From positions 1 to 64,000 of the IMG/VR virus record IMGVR_UViG_3300031555_004294: DNA of 64,000 bases; one strand, 5' to 3'. This document shows positions 59,188-64,000 of this stretch, one piece after another. Source of the stretch: a virus. Lineage: Duplodnaviria > Caudoviricetes. The translations under genes were made by a program, and so were the position numbers. The first letter of the stretch is position 1, and each line of letters starts with the position of its first letter. Below the pieces are notes generated by a model. It was not told the origin of the DNA. It searched no databases and was given only the letters and a program-made list of their open reading frames with translations.

Positions 59188-61953
59188 ATGAAAATTTTAT
59201 ACTTAAGATTGGTAAATTCAGCAGGTATCTATGCAGGTACAAGTAAGCGAGAAATTGAGATTGATTTTACCAAAGGTAAGAATAATATTGTCATGCTTTT
59301 CGGTGGGAATGGATCGGGTAAAACGACACTAATGAGTTCACTTCATCCTTTCACTGGAACTTGTAATGATGAAAGAGACAAATTCTTTATAGAAGGAAAA
59401 GATGGAGAAAAAGAAATTCATTATTTAGTGGATGATAGAGTCTACATGATTCGACATTATATTTCTGCTAAGAACAAAACTAAATCGTTCATTTCTTTTA
59501 TGGACTACAATGACTACATTTCAAAACCACAAGCAAAAGATGAGCTAGCTGACAAATATGGAAATGAACTTAATGAAAATGGTGGAGTACTTACTTTCAA
59601 AGATCTAGTTGAAATCCATTTAGGCGTTGATGAAGAATTCTTTAAGATTTCTCGTATTGGTTCTAATGTTACTAACTTCATTGATCTATCAACTGCAAAT
59701 CGTAAAAAGTATATTTCAACTTTCTTACCAAACATTGAGGAGTACTTACAACGTTATAAGATTGTCAACGAAAAGTACAAAGCAATGACTAAAGAAATCA
59801 AGTATCTTTCTGATGAGATTTTAAAGTTAGATGATGAAGCTACTTTAAAGCTAGAAAGAACTAGATTAGAAAAACAGTTAGAATCTCTAAGAACGTCTCT
59901 TGAAAAATGTAGTAACCGTATTGCATCTGCTAAGGTAATGGTAACTACTTTGGATAAGGATGGCGTATTAAAGGCAGCTAAGTATGAGAATCCCTACACT
60001 AAAGAGTTGACTTCTTTAGAAACTGAAAGGGTTAAGATTGAGGAATACACAAGCAATTACTCATTAGAACAAACTAAAATAAACATCGAAGCTACTGAGA
60101 AAGAATTAGCAGAACTTGATAATGACATTCTACAGCTCAAGGAAAAAATTGGATTTGATAAGGAAAATCTAGGTACTATTTCCGTTAGTATCAGAACAAA
60201 AAAGAAGCAGATTGATGGTATGTCAGTTCAAGACTTATCTGAACTAAGAGAAATGTTAGATGACAGAGATAACCGAATCAAAAGCTTAAATGAAGAATTG
60301 AGTGGATTTGATATGTCTGTTTTCATCAAAGAAAATATCGATAGTTCTTCTAATGTAGCTCCTGCTATGCGTCGTATCTATTCAGTACTGTCTGAAGAAC
60401 AAAGTAAGATTAGCATAGGAGCTGAATCTATTTTAAGTAAACTTTTCATTTCTAAAGTGATGTCTTGGTCCAAGTTCAATTTTGAAATTGACAGCATGAA
60501 GAAAGCTAAGAAAGAAAAAGAATCTACAAGACAAGATTTAAGAAGTAAACTTACAGTAGCAAACTCTAACAAGAAGTATCTGTCTATCTTAGAAAAAAGG
60601 CCTGTAGATTGTACCGATGATAGTTGTCCTTTCATAGCTAATGCTCTTCAGTACAAAAATGTTGAATCTGAGATTGAGAAGTTAGAAGAAGATATCGAAA
60701 CTGTAACATCTGAGATTGAGAAGTTAGAAGAAGATATCGAAACTTTTGAGTCCGTAAAGAACATTGGAGATCGAATTGAAAGATTGTACAATACAGAAAA
60801 GGGTTGTTTTGAGAGTTTGAATGAAATTTTGAAAGATTTTTCTGTTAACTCATTTGAGGACTTAATGGTATATTTCCTAACTACAACCACTCTAGAAAAG
60901 AGACAAGTATTGTTTAATGGTTCTGAAACTTTAAATTCTTACTTCAACTTTACAACTGAAATTTCAGACTTAGAGAAAGAAAAAGAAACTATCAACGAGA
61001 AGATCAAAGCTAATGAGCAAATTGGTAGTATCTATAAAGATCTGAATGAAGAATTAGATGGACTAAACACTAGATACAATGAAATTAGTGACAATATTAC
61101 TGAACAGAGTAAGACATTAGATCTTTACACTTTCAATAAATCTCAACTTTCCAATAGAATGGATAAACTAAATGAGATTATTGCACAATTTGAAAGAGAA
61201 AAAGAATTCTTAGAAAAGTACAATGAAGTTAAGACCAAATATGAAGATGCTGAAAAGGTATTAAATGAGATTTCTGATCTAGCTGATACTATTGCAGAAG
61301 GTAAAGAAGAAAAAGAGTCTTATAGTAAACAGATTCCTATCATTGAGGAAGCTTTGGACAATGTAAAGTTGAAGATTAACAAGTTGAAGGATTATACTGA
61401 ACGTAAGAAAGTTCTTGATGAAAACTATGAAAAGACAAGTTGGATTAAAGATAGCTTGAATCCTACTAAGGGAATTCCAGTTTACTTTATCGATGACTAT
61501 CTTAACAGAACTAAGTTCATTACAAACAACCTGCTTGACATTTCTCAACATGGTAAGTTCGCTATTGCTTTTGAAGTAACAGATAAAGATTTCTTTATCA
61601 AGGTCTATAAAAATAATGGTGACGTACTGTCTGATATATCTCAAGCTTCTCAGGGAGAGACTGCTCTGACTTCTCTATCCTTATCTTTGGCTTTGATAGA
61701 ACAGTCTATGAAGAAGTATAACATCTTCTTGTTAGATGAATTAGATGGTGCTTTAGACACTGCTAACCGTAGAAGTTTCATTGATATGGTCCAAGCTCAA
61801 ATGAAGATTCTAAACTCTGAGCAAGTATTTATCATCTCACATAACAATGAGTTTGAAAACATACCAGTTGATATGATTCTGTTGAGAGATAACGGTATTG
61901 ATTTGAACAATAAAGAGTTCATGGAAAATAAATCTGTACTTTTTAACGTGTAA
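59188..61953 (+). CDS. sbcC: SbcC/Rad50-like (gp46-like) SMC ATPase
   Basis: Walker A GGNGSGKT, long coiled coils, central CTDDSCP, signature SQGE, Walker B LLDELD, IISH. Confidence 0.9.
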   Translation: MKILYLRLVNSAGIYAGTSKREIEIDFTKGKNNIVMLFGGNGSGKTTLMSSLHPFTGTCNDERDKFFIEGKDGEKEIHYLVDDRVYMIRHYISAKNKTKSFISFMDYNDYISKPQAKDELADKYGNELNENGGVLTFKDLVEIHLGVDEEFFKISRIGSNVTNFIDLSTANRKKYISTFLPNIEEYLQRYKIVNEKYKAMTKEIKYLSDEILKLDDEATLKLERTRLEKQLESLRTSLEKCSNRIASAKVMVTTLDKDGVLKAAKYENPYTKELTSLETERVKIEEYTSNYSLEQTKINIEATEKELAELDNDILQLKEKIGFDKENLGTISVSIRTKKKQIDGMSVQDLSELREMLDDRDNRIKSLNEELSGFDMSVFIKENIDSSSNVAPAMRRIYSVLSEEQSKISIGAESILSKLFISKVMSWSKFNFEIDSMKKAKKEKESTRQDLRSKLTVANSNKKYLSILEKRPVDCTDDSCPFIANALQYKNVESEIEKLEEDIETVTSEIEKLEEDIETFESVKNIGDRIERLYNTEKGCFESLNEILKDFSVNSFEDLMVYFLTTTTLEKRQVLFNGSETLNSYFNFTTEISDLEKEKETINEKIKANEQIGSIYKDLNEELDGLNTRYNEISDNITEQSKTLDLYTFNKSQLSNRMDKLNEIIAQFEREKEFLEKYNEVKTKYEDAEKVLNEISDLADTIAEGKEEKESYSKQIPIIEEALDNVKLKINKLKDYTERKKVLDENYEKTSWIKDSLNPTKGIPVYFIDDYLNRTKFITNNLLDISQHGKFAIAFEVTDKDFFIKVYKNNGDVLSDISQASQGETALTSLSLSLALIEQSMKKYNIFLLDELDGALDTANRRSFIDMVQAQMKILNSEQVFIISHNNEFENIPVDMILLRDNGIDLNNKEFMENKSVLFNV
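60666..60744 (+). repeat. Exact 37-nt direct repeat with a 42-nt period inside sbcC
   Basis: ATCTGAGATTGAGAAGTTAGAAGAAGATATCGAAACT at 60666 and 60708. Confidence 0.85.
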
Positions 61954-62154
61954 AAAACGAACAATAAAATAAATCATCAATAAAATCATATTACATTTCT
62001 TAATCTAAAGATGACAATTTTTATTTCCTTTCTTTAAAAATCAGTTATCTAAAATGAGACTATCTGGAGTAAAATCTAGATAGTCTCATTGACATTTCAA
62101 AACAAAAAATTATAAAATTTGACAACTCTAAAAGAAAGGAGACTTATTAGAGTC

Positions 62155-62619
62155 ATGTTTTTAAGAAACGACAATAATGCAGCATTTACGCTGTCTGAAA
62201 GTATACAATTCAAAGAATTTTTAAGAAATTCTGCAACAAAAGTTGAAAAATTTCTATGTTCCTGCTCTAAATTTGCTAAGAATGCTATTACGAAAGAAAA
62301 ATTTAAACAGATGAAAATCACAGGTTCACTTCCTCAAATTAAGGAACTTTTAGAGCCTGACTGTGTACAAAGTTTCATTCTTGCAGGTAAACATGGTTGT
62401 ACTGTTCTTTTACTTCCTCTAATAGCCGAGTTCTTTAGTTCTTCAGCAGTTACAAATAAAGAAAAAGAAGCTAAAGTAAAACAATTAAGAGATGATCTTA
62501 AAGAAGCAGAGAGAATTACTAAAGAAGAATTTGATGAAGGAATGAAGAAAATAAATGAAACTGGTATAGCTTGTTTCAAAGAAAATATAAATACGGTGAT
62601 TAAACCATACAAATTCTAA
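62155..62619 (+). CDS. Hypothetical protein, possibly head-associated (start reassigned to ATG 62155)
   Basis: AAAGGAG RBS; AACA-N6-TA at 62101; TLSE-S site. Confidence 0.5.
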   Translation: MFLRNDNNAAFTLSESIQFKEFLRNSATKVEKFLCSCSKFAKNAITKEKFKQMKITGSLPQIKELLEPDCVQSFILAGKHGCTVLLLPLIAEFFSSSAVTNKEKEAKVKQLRDDLKEAERITKEEFDEGMKKINETGIACFKENINTVIKPYKF

Positions 62620-62689
62620 GATAATTTTTTACAAGAAATATATGACTTTTTCAGATTAAAAAATTTTCCTATAAACAGTTTTATAAAAT

Positions 62690-62998
62690 TTGTTTATGGG
62701 AGGTCATATAAAAACTATGGCACGTAATACTGAGAAAGAACTCAAGTATACCATCATAGAACATGTTGCTGACTTATCCGAGCCTGATAGTAAAGGTTAT
62801 GTGAAACAGCTCAATATTATGACTTGGGGTAATTATAAGAAGCCAGTCATTGATATTCGTAAGTGGCAGTATAAAGAAGATGGTACTGTAGTTTGTGGTA
62901 AAGGTATAACCTTAGACTTGAATGATTTGGTTGCTTTACAGAAGATCAACACAAAGAATTTAGAACGTTACTTCGAAGAAGAGAACGATGAAGAATAA
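62690..62998 (+). CDS. PC4/YdbC-family ssDNA-binding protein
   Basis: KQLNIMTW.....IDIRKW.....GKGITL. Confidence 0.8.
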   Translation: MFMGGHIKTMARNTEKELKYTIIEHVADLSEPDSKGYVKQLNIMTWGNYKKPVIDIRKWQYKEDGTVVCGKGITLDLNDLVALQKINTKNLERYFEEENDEE

Positions 62999-63072
62999 AA
63001 TTTGAGAGTATAGGTTATATTGTACGCCTATACTCTCAAATTTTTCATCAAAAGAAAGGATGTGTTTGATTT

Positions 63073-63381
63073 ATGATTGCATATTATGAAGATGACTTTT
63101 TAGAGTTATTACGAGATAAATTTGGTTCCGAAATGGTACAGTACAATATAGATTTTAAAATTATCAAATTAAATGATCAGGATGTCTTAATTTTAATTGT
63201 CAGCACGAATAACAAAAGACGAATTAACAGTAGCGTAAGAGACACAGATATAGTTTTTAACGAAACTCAAGATGAAAATGGAAATGATGTATGTGAAATT
63301 ATTCTGCTAAATGAAAAAAATTTAAATACATTTTTCTCAAAAATAAAGAAGACTATTTTTGACATCTGCTTAGTCAAATAA
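63073..63381 (+). CDS. Hypothetical protein
   Basis: RBS; C-terminal IKKTIFDI resembles the 55.3-56.2 kb family. Confidence 0.6.
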   Translation: MIAYYEDDFLELLRDKFGSEMVQYNIDFKIIKLNDQDVLILIVSTNNKRRINSSVRDTDIVFNETQDENGNDVCEIILLNEKNLNTFFSKIKKTIFDICLVK

Positions 63382-63391
63382 GGAGACAAAC

Positions 63392-64000
63392 ATGATAAAG
63401 GTAAGAAGAGATTTTAATAAGACTAAACCAAGATCTCAAATGAATGAAAAAGAAAGAGAGCAGGATGATATTTACAATTCTGATACTACAATGGAGAAAA
63501 TACTAAACTCCAAAAAAATCAGATATGAAATTTTAAACTCACTGTTTTCTAAGATTCCAAAACATATTACAACTGTTACAATGTACATTGATGTTTTCAG
63601 TATCATCAATAATCTTTACAATCCACAAGTTTTAGAAAATATCAGTGCTTTCAATGATGAAAAGTCTTTCATATTTTCATCGAATTTGATAAACTTAGCT
63701 GCTCATTTCCGTAATTACTTTGCAACTAGAAAACAGTTTTACACCAACTTTGTATTTTACTACTCTACTGAAAAAAGTGAAAAAGAATTAGGTGTCTACC
63801 CTGACTATAGGAAAGAATTTTATACAAAACGTCTTGATAATAATTCAGAGTTCATTTTAATGAATAATCTGATTAGAGAAAACTTAAAGTTATGTGAGAT
63901 TTTAAGTAACTATCTACCACACATTTACTTTGTAAACACTAAGGAACTTAATCCAAACTTAGTTCCTCATCACTTCATTCAGTGTCAAGAAAAAGATGAA
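63392..64000 (+). CDS. Truncated ORF, possible PIN/5'-3' exonuclease-like protein
   Basis: TAAGGAG RBS; open to the window end; MYIDV and YPDYRK resemble the FEN/T4 RNase H N-terminus. Confidence 0.45.
   Translation, partial: MIKVRRDFNKTKPRSQMNEKEREQDDIYNSDTTMEKILNSKKIRYEILNSLFSKIPKHITTVTMYIDVFSIINNLYNPQVLENISAFNDEKSFIFSSNLINLAAHFRNYFATRKQFYTNFVFYYSTEKSEKELGVYPDYRKEFYTKRLDNNSEFILMNNLIRENLKLCEILSNYLPHIYFVNTKELNPNLVPHHFIQCQEKDE

Noticed and set aside
1-64000. Genome-wide alternative genetic code
   Set aside because: Long genes are intact under the standard code and coding density is high
1-64000. tRNA, rRNA, intein, integrase or transposase
   Set aside because: None recognised by eye; a covariance or HMM scan would be needed to exclude them

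Overview
This is a fragment of an AT-rich, myovirus-type jumbo phage genome. Strong AGGAGG ribosome-binding sites suggest a Firmicutes host. Layout: (i) 1-22.5 kb, a minus-strand operon of repeat-rich fibre/receptor-binding proteins (Mtd-N-like N-termini, an SGNH esterase with Ig domains, a 2169-aa CotH-like/LRR protein). (ii) 22.7-30 kb, a head module: a T4 gp21-like prohead protease split by two group I introns (one carries an EDxHD/Vsr-like endonuclease), a gp23-like major capsid gene with a third group I intron at its extreme 3' end, and a free-standing paralogous endonuclease. (iii) 30-46 kb, accessory genes: sigma4/alphaCTD fusion, phosphoesterase, leader-sharing putative internal head proteins, a Trp-repeat family, a pncA-HD-pncB NAD-salvage cassette, HicA, ankyrin, Dps and GroES. 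(iv) 46-64 kb: a possible RNAP beta' C-terminal subunit, tail sheath, tube, portal, the N-terminal half of a split family-B DNA polymerase, SbcC/Rad50 and a PC4-like protein. Two strand-correct promoter-like motifs partition the genes: AACA-N6-TA (mostly structural, late) and TATATAT (non-structural, early). The capsid and sheath genes both have a Shine-Dalgarno about 60 nt from the AUG, bridged by a hairpin. All family calls are by eye from motifs; no searches were run.
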